Source: Eledone cirrhosa (taxonomy: Eukaryota). From it: a stretch of 64,000 bases of DNA. Numbering within the stretch: position 1 is the first letter of the stretch; each line of letters starts with the position of its first letter. A program made the position numbers and the translations under genes. Shown here one piece after another: positions 48,540-64,000 of this stretch. Below the pieces are notes generated by a model. That model did not search any database. It was not told where the DNA came from and saw only the letters and a program-made list of their open reading frames with translations. The stretch is from assembly GCA_964016885.1 (NCBI GenBank), contig OZ024757.1, positions 15,066,001 through 15,130,000 of the forward strand, read 5' to 3'.

Positions 48540-49553
48540 TTGTACAGGTGTATGTACAACATATATACATGTGAACATACAACATACCACACATATACAT
48601 ATGTACACACAACATATATACATTTGTATACACAACATACAATATATATACATATGTACTCACTACATACCACATATATACATGTATACACAACATACCA
48701 TATATACACATGCGTACACACAACATAACGCATACATGTGTACACACAACATACCACATATATACATGTGTACACACTACATCCAACATATATACATGTG
48801 TACACACTACATCCAACATATATACATGTGTACACACTACATACAACATATATACATGTGTACACACTACATACAACATATATACATGTGTACACACTAC
48901 ATACAACATATATACATGTGTACACACTACATACAACATACAACATATATACATGTGTACACACTACATACAACATATATACATGTGTACACACTACATA
49001 CAACATATATACATGTGTACACACTACATCCAACATATATACATGTGTACACACTACATACAACATATATACATGTGTACACACTACATACAACATATAT
49101 ACATGTGTACACACTACATCCAACATATATACATGTGTACACACTACATACAACATATATACATGTGTACACACTACATACAACATATATACATGTGTAC
49201 ACACTACATACAACATATATACATGTGTACACACTACATACAACATATATACATGTGTACACACTACATCCAACATATATACATGTGTACACACTACATC
49301 CAACATATATACATGTGTACACACTACATCCAACATATATACATGTGTACACACTACATCCAACATATATACATGTGTACACACTACATACAACATATAT
49401 ACATGTGTACACACTACATCCAACATATATACATGTGTACACACTACATACAACATATATACATGTGTACACACTACATACAACATATATACATGTGTAC
49501 ACACTACATACAACATATATATATGTGTACACACTACATACAACATATATATA
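48540..49553. repeat. 30-bp tandem repeat (~26 clean copies plus degenerate flank)
   Basis: Unit ACATATATACATGTGTACACACTACATMCA containing the palindromes ACATGT and TGTGTACACA. Confidence 0.95.
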
Positions 49554-49625
49554 TAGTTGTCCCCCGGTATTCGCAGGGGGTTATGTTCCTAGAGCACCTG
49601 CAAAGAGTGAAAAACCTCGAAAAGT
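49554..49625 (+). mobile_element. Tigger/pogo-like terminal fragment (second copy ~51146-51260)
   Basis: TAGTTGTCCC..TATTCGC..GGGTTAYGTTCCTAG occurs twice after TA runs. Confidence 0.5.
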
Positions 49626-50337
49626 CGACCTTACCCAATTACACCTGTCAAAGGCGATGACACACGACCGTGACCTCTGGCATCACGCAGTAATACAGAA
49701 GACCCGACACCCCATGGGTACAAGCCAAAGCTGAAGCATATAGACAATATGCCCCCACACCCTCCCACTGCAAAGAAGCACCCAGCCCACACTGTAAAGT
49801 GGACATGTAGGCGCCACGGAAAAAAGCACCCAGCACTCACTGTAAAATGGCCATGTAGGCGCCACAGAAAAAAGCACTCAGCACTCACTGTAAAGTGGAC
49901 ATGTAGGTGCCACGGAAAAAAGCACCCAGCACTCACTGTAAAGTGGACATGTATGTATGTGGTATGTTGTGTAGGCGCCACGGAAAAAAGCACCCAGCCC
50001 ACACTGTAAAGTGGACATGTAGGCGCCACGGCAAAAAGCACCCAGCACTCACTGTAAAAAAGCACCCAGCGCTAAACTGTAAATGAGGTTGGTGTTAGGA
50101 AGGGCATCCAGCCGTAGAAACAAAGCCAAAATCAGTTCAGTATAAGGAAGACATGGTCATCTGATCTGGCTTGTCGCACAATAGGACAACTCGTCTAACC
50201 CATGCTAGCGTTGAAAAATAGACGGGCACTGCTTGATATGCAACATTTTTTGTAATGCTCATGCTTAAGTATCAAGTGATGACATTACTCGAAATCGAAT
50301 TGCAGCCATCATGTATGTATGTGTGTGTATATATATA

Positions 50338-50992
50338 TTATAAAATGACAGGAGGCTAGACTGGTGTAATTCCTTAAAGATTTATTATACTATGGACATT
50401 TCAATGACCGGGTTCAGTATGAATCCGGTGACATCATCAGGTATTCCAAAATTTATCCAACAAAGGAACATAATGGTTTCTTATATAGGCACAAGGCCAT
50501 CAATTTTGGGGAAGGGGAAGTCGATTAAATCGACCCCAGTGCGTGTGTGAGTGGTACTTTATTTTATCGACCCCGTAATGATGAAAGGTAAAGTTATCTT
50601 CGGCAGGATTTGAACTCAGATCATGAAGGGCCGTAACTCTATGCTGCAAAGCATGGAGTCCGAATCCTCACCGATACTTCCAATCCACCGCCCTTCAACA
50701 AAGGAATATAATAGATACAATTCAAAGGGCTGAAAAGCAGAGAGAAATGTCCAAGACAAGAAGGCGGCCGCACAGACTAGCATCTGCTAATTTTTGGCCA
50801 CCGTCTCGTCTTGGGCATTTCTCTCTGCTTTTCATCCCCTTGGATTGTGTCTATTATTACATTCCTTTGTTGGATAAATTTCGGAATACCCGATGATGTC
50901 ACCGAATTCATACTGAACCCGATCATTGAAATGTTCATAGTATAATAAATCTTTAAGGAATTACACCAGTCGAGCCTCCTGTCATTTTATAA
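50338..50992. repeat. Long foldback (palindromic) element, probably Penelope-derived, interrupted by a SINE
   Basis: ~200-bp inverted arms centred near 50783; CTGATGA...GAAA motif plus AATAAA in the arms. Confidence 0.8.
50475..50695 (-). mobile_element. SINE with 17-bp TSD
   Basis: TSD CAACAAAGGAAYATAAT at 50458-50474 and 50696-50712; family present many times in the window (aggcacaaggcc...tttatcgacccc...gatgaaagg). Confidence 0.85.
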
Positions 50993-53900
50993 TAATTAAC
51001 TCCGTACTCGCACCACCAACAACACAAGCGAAAACGGGTGAGTTGCATTCCGTCGAGTGCTCTCCCTAATATTACATCAAGGTTGAGTCTACGGAATGAC
51101 CAATTCTATCCGGTGGTGAACTAACAAACCTAAATGAATATATATATAGTTGTCCCGTTATTCGCGAGGGTTACGTTCCTAGAACACAGGCAAAGAGTGA
51201 AAAAAAAAACGTGAATATTGGACGTAGTCCATAAAAATGCCTATAAACGTCAAATATAATTTAAAAAAGGGAACGTTTTATGCGAAGGGGTGTACTGGGT
51301 GAACTTTCGTGGAATCAACGCTAGATAGGTTGTTTGGTCCCTGTCCCAACGAATGAGTCCTCACTGCTCTGTAGGGGTTGAGCGGAACGGCAGAAGGGAG
51401 ATACGTACGAAGTTACGGCAAGTGTAGTGTGGTGAGATTTGACAAGACGATGAATGACAAAAACTATAGAAAAAACAATTTTCACCTTTAATACAAGATG
51501 GTTGTAATTATAAAAAAATTACCGAATTTTATTTACATTTGTTTCTTAGCGTGTTTTAAATAAATTCAGCTATGGAATTTACATTGACGATGGATAGAAT
51601 TGCAGCTACACAAATGAATAACATCCACGTGTGACGCCAGAGAGGTGGTAGCCTTTTATTGCTAAATTACACTGTACTTTATATTCTGTTAAAAAGTGAT
51701 ATATTACAAAAATGTAGTTCAAGATATACAACGTCAGAAATACTAAATAGCATGAAATGGTTACGGTTGGAATATCTATGAACAAAAAGTAGGCTTGGTT
51801 AGTCAGATATTTAGACAATGAACATGACTCCGTGAAATGAATTTCTATCGGAAAAATATTACACTAAACAACCCACCCTATAAATATAGAAAATATTAAA
51901 TAAATGTTACCAAAGACCCTTAACAAATTACATCATATAAAAATAAATTATATTACCTGACATTCGACGAAGCTGGTAACAAAATTTCTATCATTGATGG
52001 CGGCTCGTATTACTAAAATATTACATAATACTAATAAAGGTACTTGGCTAATAAAACACCTTAGCTTCAGTATTACCTGCGACAATATTGTGAACATTTT
52101 AGCTTGCTAAAAGATATTTAGAAGGAAACCCCAATATTCGCTGTTTCAGTGTTTAATGTGTGCATGTCTTATCGCGTTTTCTTTTTATTTTTGCCTTTTA
52201 ACTAGTAAATTTCTATTTACTTTTTCTTCATTTATAAATCATATTCATTAGTATAATTACTTATATATATATATATTGAAATAGCTGATATGATATAGAA
52301 AATAAAGATTAGTTTTGTAATATTTACAAAAATGTTTAACTTACAATTTCGCGGTTTACAGCATGTGCTTACCTTCGAAAGTTAGCAACACATTCTCAGT
52401 CATACTTTCGTAATTTTAACGTCAACATTTTTATTTAGTATAGTTGTTTTGGAATCAATTTTATGAAACAAATTTTAATTGAATTATACAATTTAATAAA
52501 AAAAAAAAAAGAATAGTTATGTCCTAACTGCGTCCCACAAAGAAATGGCAAAAACACTGTCGTAGAGAACAGCTACTCCACCTCACGGGGGAGTACTCCT
52601 CCTTATTTTGCGAAAGAAAATGGCAGGAAGAGGAAGACACCTGCGGTTTTGATTGAGGTGGGTTAAACCCCGGTATTTAGATATCTTCCTCTCCACCATA
52701 TTCCGGGTTTGTGGCCAAAACAACAGGGTTGGAGCTAGAGCAGTTTGGGGGTTCGAAGGAGACACCCGATGTCTCGATGGCGGTCGGTCAAGTCCCAGTA
52801 TTTGGCTATATTTCTCTCCACCATATTACGGGCAGCAGAGTCCAGGATTGCGACCAAAACAACAAGGTTGGAGCCGAAAAATGTGTCGCAACAAACATCT
52901 CAGATTAGAGATCCACCACCTATCTCATTTGGGCATTTATCATCACCACAGTCGATGGCGACAGGTTCCAGTGACTCCCTTTTCCACTGTGTGGATGAGG
53001 TTGATCTATTTATTGATGTGGGCCACTCCACTTCTTTTGTAGACAGCACCTTAAAACTTTTTATTTTCAACTATCAATTCTTATTACATTTTCTGGAACG
53101 AAATATATTGGTACATTTTAACAATTATATTCGTCTTGCGTTGGCGGTGAAATTGCTGTTTTTCTTATGGTTTCAGTTAACTGAAAAACGCATAATTTCT
53201 GAAGGTTTTGAAAGCCAATACAAGGCGGGTTTAATATTTATCCCCGCAAACACGAGAACTCCGCGGGACCCTCAAGCAAACGTTAATAACATTGATATAT
53301 ATATATAAAAAAACAAAACAAATAATTTCCGACGGTTTTAAGTCAGATTCGTTCAAAACACACACACACAGAGGGAAAGTTTACCTCCAAAGCGAGACGG
53401 GTGTAACTTGTAAAGCAAAATCCAAGGGTGCCACTACCTGTTATACCAGGTGAACTAAAAAAGTAAAACCATTTCGACAGTTTGCCAATGCGAGGCGAGT
53501 GTATCTGTGAAAATTTAACAATAAAATAAATTGTTAATCACTACAAATTCTTAAAATGTGTGTTGTATCATTAAATAGAATTCAACTTCACTGCTTATAG
53601 CAACAGGTAATATTGTCACCAGGAACTTATTTATAAGTTACACCGTTGTGTACTACGCCATGTGTAAAGGCAAATCGTTAACTTTCTAATTTTACAATCT
53701 AGTGAGTAATGGCATCAGACAGATTTTTTTTCTTCTTTCAAATGTTTCAATACTGTAGTTCTCTATCATTTATGTTAACCTTATCATTGAATTAATTTAT
53801 TTTATAAACTTCGGTGATTCTGTTTAAAATATCAATACCGTACATGGACTGTTTGAGTTGCCAACAGTAACTGCAGTAACGGAAGCTGTTGACAAACAAG

Positions 53901-55427
53901 TGTTTTTCACTATTTCGTACTTTATCTCTTGTTGCTTTTATCGTGTAATTGTTTGACAGATGACCAGCAAACTAATTTAAGTCCCAGACAAATATTTACC
54001 TTACTGTATTTACATACGTTGTGTTCAAATCTGAAATTACGAGTAACTATCGCCTAATTTGTGCGAGTGACACATCTGGAAATTGAGCTGATGGTGCATT
54101 GCTGGTGGTAAACATGGGCGACTCATTTGGTCTAGATGAGCACGGCATATCTATCGTTCTCATGGTCGTGACGGATCTCTCCGTAAGGGAATTGAAATGT
54201 CGAAGTGGTAAGGTTCTTGATTTCGTAGAGAACACTTCACTCACCCCGTCAAATCGAACTTACTCAATATCTTCATAATTCTGAAGCCAGTCGGATTGTC
54301 CAGGGTCGATGGGAAGAGGCCCTATAGTCTTTCTTACTCTTTGCCCCTGGGTTAAAGATAGTTGCTTCATATGGATGCCACTGTTAGCAACTTCTTCACC
54401 CATCTTAGAGAAGGGGGTGGGTAGGAAGAGGGGAGGTTACTGCATCCACAGAAAGGAATATACAACTTAAGTATTGTGATTTATCTATAAATTACATTTT
54501 TCAACCTATGGCATTCGAAACGTTATGGGGGAACTGGTCTGCTGGCAACGAAATTTTTTTTTACAGCGTTAGTGGCTTACTTCACTGAAATATCAGATGC
54601 TAATACGTTTATGGTATTAACACGTCTTCATTATACGCCGAGGTTAACTTTGCCTTTCATCCTTACGGGGTCGATAAAATAAAGTAGCAGTAACGTACTG
54701 GGTATTTGCTGGCCTTGTGCCAAAAGTAGAAACAATTATTTGTTATATAAATTCTATTCATGCCTACATCGTAGCTTTATGGAATTCACTTACCTCTTGT
54801 TTTCGTTTTTTGCAGTGCTCTGAAAATCCCGACATTTGTTTTTTCCCCATTTGAGAGGTACCAGCTACCTTTTGGGGAACCATTCTCAGTTTCTGTGACA
54901 TTGAATCTCTACTCTGGAATATGGTATTTACTCTGATGATCTCTCTGGTGGTTGATAAGTTCGACTACAACCAATTTGCCAAAGAAGTGAACCTCACGTT
55001 AATCTTCTTCTTCGATCTGGCTTGGAAACTGGGACAAGAAATTCCATCATTACTGACCATTGCCCTGACAATGGTCAGTATCTCTGAGGAAGAATAAGAG
55101 TGGCTAGAAAAAATAAATACAACAGCAGCACTTTACTGTCGATTGCTTTATGGTTCATCTGTTAGTTGAGCCAACCATGCAGTGGGTGTCTTCCTCTCAA
55201 CATTATTGGACTGATTTGGTGCGGACTGAATTCATGTTAAATGACTTGTCATGGAGATTTGAGCTGTTTACATCAACTGAAGTTCTCTTTTCTTCTATTA
55301 ATTACTAACATGTGAATATATGCTTATTACCTTAACTACTGTAGTTTATATTTATAAATTATACTGGGTTCACAATATATGTAAATTATTATATTAAGAA
55401 TTCAACTGTTTTCTTTCACACACACAC

Positions 55428-55463
<36 letters not shown>

Positions 55464-56412
55464 ATCACCCCAAAAATGCACACACTTCAACAGCATTCTA
55501 ATTCTAATAAATATTGTCTCTACAGGTAATCAAAGTGTGTATACATTTTTCGGGACACGCTATACATATATAATACATTCAATATTAGAAAAAGATCAAG
55601 ATTACAAACTTACATCTCTTCCTTTATTTCTACATCCATATTGAAACAGATATAGAAATAATGGAATAAATGTAAGTTGGAAGCTTTGGTTTATCTAATA
55701 TTGTATATTAATGATCTGCTACCTGAACTGTCCTTAAGATATTTAACTGTCGATAACTTAATTGTCTGACCTGAACTGTCCTTAAGATATTTAACTGTCG
55801 ATAACTTAATTGTCTGTTTTAAACTCCTGATGAACTGAGGGTTGTAATGTGCATAGAGCTTCTCTCACCTTACCTAAGATAATACCGAAGCACTACACTA
55901 TAATTACATATTTTATATATATATATATCTAGTTGATAAATGCAACAAAATAAACAAGGATGCCAAAAAGAAAGTCACATTCAGGCAACAATATACTGTA
56001 CCGTTTGTTTTGTTATTTCTGTTTACCTTTTACACACACACACACACACATATATATATATGAGTTCTGTATGAGTAAGACATGGTCACCTGACCTGGCA
56101 TTGCTCACAACAGGACAACCCATCTAACCCATGCTAGCATGGAAGAATGGACATGAAACTGATTATATATATATATATATATATAAATAATTGTTCCCTG
56201 AATGTGTGGTTGTAATCACTAAAGAAAGAGCCCTCAATATCTAATGATAGAGGTAAATATACTATATTGTATAAAATACATGGCATTTTCTGAATACGGC
56301 TGACAAACGAAGCAAGATCAGCTTGCTTCAGGAAACTCTGGCTACCTAGAAAGCTATATGCCTATTTGCCATGTATTTTATACAATATAGTATATATATA
56401 TATATATATGAT

Positions 56413-56760
56413 GGGGGCACACGGCTTAGTGGTTAGAGCATTGGCCTTGCAATCGAAAGGTTGTGAGTTCAATTCTCAGAGCGAGTGATGTGTTGTTTCC
56501 TTGAGCAAGACACTTTATTTCACATTGCTCCAGTTTACTCAGCTGTAGAAATGAGATGATAGGGAGTGGAGTCCATATCATTCCACTGCAAAGTGGTCGT
56601 GGAGGTGCCATGGCAAAAAACCACCCAGCTCTCACTGTAAATGAGGTTGGTGTTAGGAAGGGCATCCAGCTGTAGAAATCAAGCCAGAATCAGTTCCCGT
56701 CCGACCCTTGCAAGCAGGGAAAAGCGGACGTAAAATGAAATGAAAAATGAAAAAATGAAA
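56413..56760 (+). mobile_element. tRNA-derived SINE
   Basis: Same family as 33636-34018; (AAATG)n tail. Confidence 0.85.
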
Positions 56761-56902
56761 TATGTAGCAATATCCGTAGATATGAAAATGTAGAAGCCAT
56801 TTCTATACTAAACATGATGTTTTGAGTCTCTTACTTACTGTGGTTACCCCCCGATTGAACCCAGGACTCACACACACACATATGTATATATATATATATA
56901 TA

Positions 56903-56933
<31 letters not shown>

Positions 56934-57498
56934 GTATAGACTTTGGTCAGTTCTGTTGACAAGTATTCTATTTGATTCAAACAATGGAATAACTTGCTCA
57001 AGAAATTAATGTGCAAGTGGCTAGCTGAGTGTCCCACAGACACATGCACCTTTAATGTAATTCTCAGGGAGATTCAATGCGACAAGGTTTACCCTTTGAA
57101 TTACAAACACAACTCATTTTTGCCAGCTGAGTGGGTTGGAGCAATGACACAACTTGTCACTGCATGCTAAACACCCTAGCCATTAAGCCAGGCACCTTCA
57201 CCATTATTTTTTAATGTATACTACAGACACATACAGACATACCAAAAATGTAAAATGCCTTAGATCATAATTTTTAACAAACCTGTAATATGACCACCAC
57301 TACAAAAATTTGGCTGCAACAATCTTTTTTGAGGCATTTCTTAACTATTTTCTAATAAATATTTCCTCATAATTTTTCTCTTCAGAAGTTATTCGTTTTG
57401 CAAGAGTTTTGATGTGGAATCATGTGTGTGATTATATGTGTGATTAAAAACAATATACCTATAATCTTTGATTCATGTGGAACTTTACCCACCTTTTT

Positions 57499-57534
<36 letters not shown>

Positions 57535-57639
57535 TAGAATTGTTTGTTTAAAAAAGAAGTGACATAATCACTACTTTAAAACAATAGCTCAAGGTCTTCA
57601 AAATGCTTTTAATTAAGCATTCAGTGTATTACCAAATAC

Positions 57640-60600
57640 AATATATATATATATTTATATATATATATTTATATATATATTTATATATATATATATATAT
57701 TCATATATATATATATATATTCATATATATATATTCATATATATATATCATTCATATATATATATATATATCATTCATATATATATATATCATTCATATA
57801 TATATATATATATCATTCATATATATATATATATATCATTCATATATATATATATATATCATTCATATATATATATATATATCATTCATATATATATATA
57901 TCATTCATATATATATATATCATTCATATATATATATATCATTCATATATATATATATCATTCATATATATATATATCATTCATATATATATATCATTCA
58001 TACATATATATATATCATTCATACATATATATATATCATTCATACATATATATATATATCATTCATACATATATATATATATCATTCATACATATATATA
58101 TATCATTCATACATATATATATATATCATTCATACATATATATATATATATCATTCATACATATATATATATATATATCATTCATACATATATATATATA
58201 TATCATTCATACATATATATATATATATCATTCATACATATATATATATCATTCATACATATATATATATCATTCATACATATATATATATCATTCATAC
58301 ATATATATATATCATTCATACATATATATATATATATCATTCATACATATATATATATATATCATTCATACATATATATATATATATCATTCATACATAT
58401 ATATATATATATATCATTCATACATATATATATATATATCATTCATACATATATATATATATATCATTCATACATATATATATATATATCATTCATACAT
58501 ATATATATATATATCATTCATACATATATATATATATATCATTCATACATATATATATATATATCATTCATACATATATATATATATATATCATTCATAC
58601 ATATATATATATATATATCATTCATACATATATATATATATATATCATTCATACATATATATATATATATATCATTCATACATATATATATATATATATC
58701 ATTCATACATATATATATATATATATCATTCATATATATATATATATCATTCATACATATATATATATATATATCATTCATATATATATATATATCATTC
58801 ATATATATATATATATATCATTCATACATATATATATATATATATCATTCATACATATATATATATATATATCATTCATACATATATATATATATATATC
58901 ATTCATACATATATATATATATATATCATTCATACATATATATATATTTATATCATTCATACATATATATATATTTATATCATTCATACATATATATATA
59001 TATATATCATTCATACATATATATATATATATCATTCATACATATATATATATATATATCATTCATACATATATATATATATATATCATTCATACATATA
59101 TATATATATATATCATTCATACATATATATATATATATATCATTCATACATATATATATATATATATCATTCATACATATATATATATATATATCATTCA
59201 TACATATATATATATATCATTCATACATATATATATATATATATCATTCATACATATATATATATATATATCATTCATACATATATATATATATATATCA
59301 TTCATATATATATATATATCATTCATACATATATATATATATATATCATTCATACATATATATATATATATATCATTCATACATATATATATATATATAT
59401 CATTCATACATATATATATATATATATCATTCATACATATATATATATATATATCATTCATACATATATATATATATATATCATTCATACATATATATAT
59501 ATATATATCATTCATACATATATATATATATATATCATTCATACATATATATATATATATATCATTCATACATATATATATATATATATCATTCATACAT
59601 ATATATATATATATATCATTCATACATATATATATATATATATCATTCATACATATATATATATATATATATCATTCATACATATATATATATATATATA
59701 TCATTCATACATATATATATATATATATATCATTCATACATATATATATATATATATATCATTCATACATATATATATATATATATATCATTCATACATA
59801 TATATATATATATATATCATTCATACATATATATATATATATATATCATTCATACATATATATATATATATATATCATTCATACATATATATATATATAT
59901 ATATCATTCATACATATATATATATATATATATCATTCATACATATATATATATATATATATCATTCATACATATATATATATATATATATCATTCATAC
60001 ATATATATATATATATATCATTCATACATATATATATATATATATCATTCATACATATATATATATATATATCATTCATACATATATATATATATATATA
60101 TCATTCATACATATATATATATATATATCATTCATACATATATATATATATATATCATTCATACATATATATATATATATATCATTCATACATATATATA
60201 TATATATATCATTCATACATATATATATATATATATCATTCATACATATATATATATATATATATTCATTCATACATATATATATATATATATATATCAT
60301 TCATACATATATATATATATATATATATCATTCATACATATATATATATATATATATATCATTCATACATATATATATATATATATATATCATTCATACA
60401 TATATATATATATATATATATCATTCATACATATATATATATATATATATATCATTCATACATATATATATATATATATATATCATTCATACATATATAT
60501 ATATATATATATATCATTCATACATATATATATATATATATATATCATTCATACATATATATATATATATATATATCATTCATACATATATATATATATA

Positions 60601-60979
60601 TATATATCATTCATACATATATATATATATATATATATCATTCATACATATATATATATATATATATATCATTCATACATATATATATATATATATATAT
60701 CATTCATACATATATATATATATATATATATCATTCATACATATATATATATATATATATATCATTCATACATATATATATATATATATATATCATTCAT
60801 ACATATATATATATATATATATATCATTCATACATATATATATATATATATATATCATTCATACATATATATATATATATATATATCATTCATACATATA
60901 TATATATATATATATATCATTCATACATATATATATATATATATATATCATTCATACATATATATATATATATATCATT
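57640..60979. repeat. Compound microsatellite [(TA)n CATTCATACA]n
   Basis: 3.3 kb of ~22-32-bp units. Confidence 0.97.
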
Positions 60980-61890
60980 CTACTGTAGAAACAGTAGACA
61001 GCTTCTGCTACCTAGGTGACCGAATTAGCAACGGAGGTGGGTGCTCAGAAAGTACAATAACTAGGGTAAGAACGAGATGGAAGAAGTTTAGGGAACTACT
61101 ACCACTGCTAGCTGCAAAAGGCTTCTCCCTCAGAATGAAAGGCAGACTGTATGATGCGTGTATCCGAACAGCGATGTTGCATGGTAGTGAGACCTGGGCG
61201 CTGAAGGTGGAAGACTTACGTAGATTAGAGAGAAACGAAGCCTGCATGCTCCGATGGATGTGTAACAGTAATATACGTGAACGACAAAGCATAAATGAAT
61301 TGAGAGAGAGACTGAGCATAAGAGGAATCAAATGCTGCGTGCAGGAGAGGCGGTTGCGCTGGTATGGACATGTGATGCGTATGAAGGATGACAGCTGCAT
61401 AAAAAGGTGCAGAGCACTAGAAGTTGATGGAGACCGCGGAGTGGGGAGACCCAAGATGACTTGGGATGAGGTGATAAAAGCCGACCTTACCCAACTACAC
61501 CTCTCAAAGTCAATGACACACGACCGTGACTTCTGGCGTCACGCAGTAATACAGGGTACCCGACCTCCCATGGGTACATGCTGAAGCATATAAACAATAT
61601 GCCCCCCCCCCCCCCCACCGCAAGGTGGTCGTGGAGGTGCCACGGCAAAAAAGCACCCAGCCCACACTGTAAAGTGGACGTGTAGGCGCCACGAAAAAGC
61701 ACCCAGCACTCACTGTAAATGAGGTTGGTGTTAGGAAGGGCATCCAGCTGTAGAAATCAAGCCAGATCAGTTCCTGTATGAGCAAGGCATGGTCAGCCGA
61801 CCAGACACTGCCCACAACAGGACAACCCGTCTAACCCATGCTAGCGTGGAAGAACGGACGTAAAACGGTGATGATGATGATGATGATGAT
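60979..61890 (+). mobile_element. 5'-truncated RTE LINE embedded in the satellite
   Basis: [35 protein letters not shown]; (GAT)n tail. Confidence 0.9.
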
Positions 61891-62891
61891 ATATCATTCA
61901 TACATATATATATATATATATCATTCATACATATATATATATATATATCATTCATACATACATATATATATATATCATTCATACATATATATATATATAT
62001 ATCATTCATACATATATATATATATATATATCATTCATACATATATATATATATATATATCATTCATAAATATATATATATATATCATTCATAAATATAT
62101 ATATATATATCATTCATACATATATATATATATATATCATTCATACATATATATATATATATATCATTCATACATATATATATATATATATCATTCATAC
62201 ATATATATATATATATATCATTCATATATATATATATATATCATTCATACATATATATATATATCATTCGTACATATATATATATATATATCATTCATAC
62301 ATATATATATATATATATCATTCATACATATATATATATATATATCATTCATACATATATATATATATATATATCATTCATACATATATATATATATATA
62401 TCATTCATACATATATATATATATATATAATTCATACATATATATATATATATATCATTCATACATATATATATATATATATCATTCATACATATATATA
62501 TATATATATCATTCATACATATATATATATATATATCATTCATACATATATATATATATCATTCATACATATATATATATATCATTCGTACATATATATA
62601 TATATATATCATTCATACATATATATATATATATATCATTCATACATATATATATATATATATCATTCATACATATATATATATATATATCATTCATACA
62701 TATATATATATATATATCATTCATACATATATATATATATATATCATTCATACATATATATATATATATATAATTCATACATATATATATATATATATAT
62801 ATAATTCATACATATATATATATATATATATATAATTCATACATATATATATATATATATAATTCATACATATATATATATATATATCATT

Positions 62892-62924
<33 letters not shown>

Positions 62925-63508
62925 CATTCATACATATATATATATATATATCATTCATACATATATATATATATATATCATTCATACATATATATATATA
63001 TATATATCATTCATACATATATATATATCATTCATACATATATATATATATATATCATTCATACATATATATATATATATATCATTCATACATATATATA
63101 TATATATATCATTCATACATATATATATATATCATTCATACATATATATATATATCATTCATACATATATATATATATCATTCATACATATATATATCAT
63201 TCATACATACATATATGTATGTATACATATACCAAATATATATATATATACATATCATTCATACAAACATACATATATGTATGTATATATATATATATCA
63301 TTCATACATACATACATATATGTATGTATATATATATATATCATTCATACATACATACATATATGTATGTATACATATACCAAATATATATATATATATA
63401 TCATTCATACAAACATACATATATGTATGTATACATATACCAAATATATATGTATATATATACATATACCAAATATATATATATACCAAATATATATATA
63501 TATATATA
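61891..63508. repeat. Compound microsatellite continued
   Basis: Same unit, degenerating at the right end. Confidence 0.95.
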
Positions 63509-64000
63509 ATAAAGAAATGGCTTCTACATGACTAGAACTGTTTCATTCGGTAGAAATCATCAGATTGAACCTGGGATAAACATATATATATATATATATA
63601 TACAGACAATGCTATATCTTATTGACATATGAATACAAATGTCATGATAATTCTCGTTATCTTGTGAATGAGCTACTTAAAATATGTGTGCATTCAAACA
63701 TCTAAATATACGAGACACATGCATGCAGTTAAGTGGCTCTATGGTAATATGAACAATTGTTATGTTTAGTTTTTTGACAGACACGTTAAAGTGTCAGATA
63801 AAATGCCTTGTGCTCTTTAGATATATGTATATATATATGTATGTATACATATTCCAAATATATATATCATCATTATCATCATCATTGTTTAACGTCCACC
63901 TTCCACGCTAGCATGGGTTAGATGGGAATTGTCCCACTTGAGGCAAGATTGATCAGGTGACCGTGTCTCGCTCATATAGGACTGTATCAGGCAGGTTTTC

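Noticed and set aside
48527-49734. Several 200-390-aa ORFs on both strands
   Set aside because: Artefacts of the 30-bp tandem repeat
52653-53308. Plus-strand ORFs as a divergent gene
   Set aside because: Non-ATG starts, no recognisable domain and no consistent exon chain
57603-61019. 1138-aa I/Y/H-rich ORF and similar ORFs at 61838-63535
   Set aside because: Translation of a TA-rich microsatellite lacking stop codons

Overview
Repeat-rich animal genomic DNA. The SINE/RTE repertoire looks octopod (cephalopod)-like, which is an inference. Positions 1-21 kb are a dense nested retroelement cluster. It opens with a head-to-tail array of R2-type (RLE) non-LTR elements with no rDNA flanks in view: R2-A copy 1, a 5'-truncated second R2 family, then R2-A copy 2 carrying a 28S-derived leader and an HDV-like ribozyme fold. 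Next is a Gypsy gag-pol whose integrase is fused in frame to a parvovirus-like NS1 (HUH endonuclease plus SF3 helicase). That NS1 is split by a second, internally deleted LTR element and ends in AATAAA, an A-tract and a hairpin. Tx1/L1-like, Gypsy and RLE relics follow. Positions 21.7-48.5 kb (minus strand) hold a complete 15-coding-exon FAN1 gene (3300 nt, 1099 aa by my exon reconstruction), with introns full of SINEs, RTE fragments, Tc1/mariner elements, piggyBac-like MITEs and TE-derived tandem arrays. Positions 50-64 kb contain a long foldback element, SINEs, an RTE fragment and a large (TA)n-CATTCATACA compound microsatellite.
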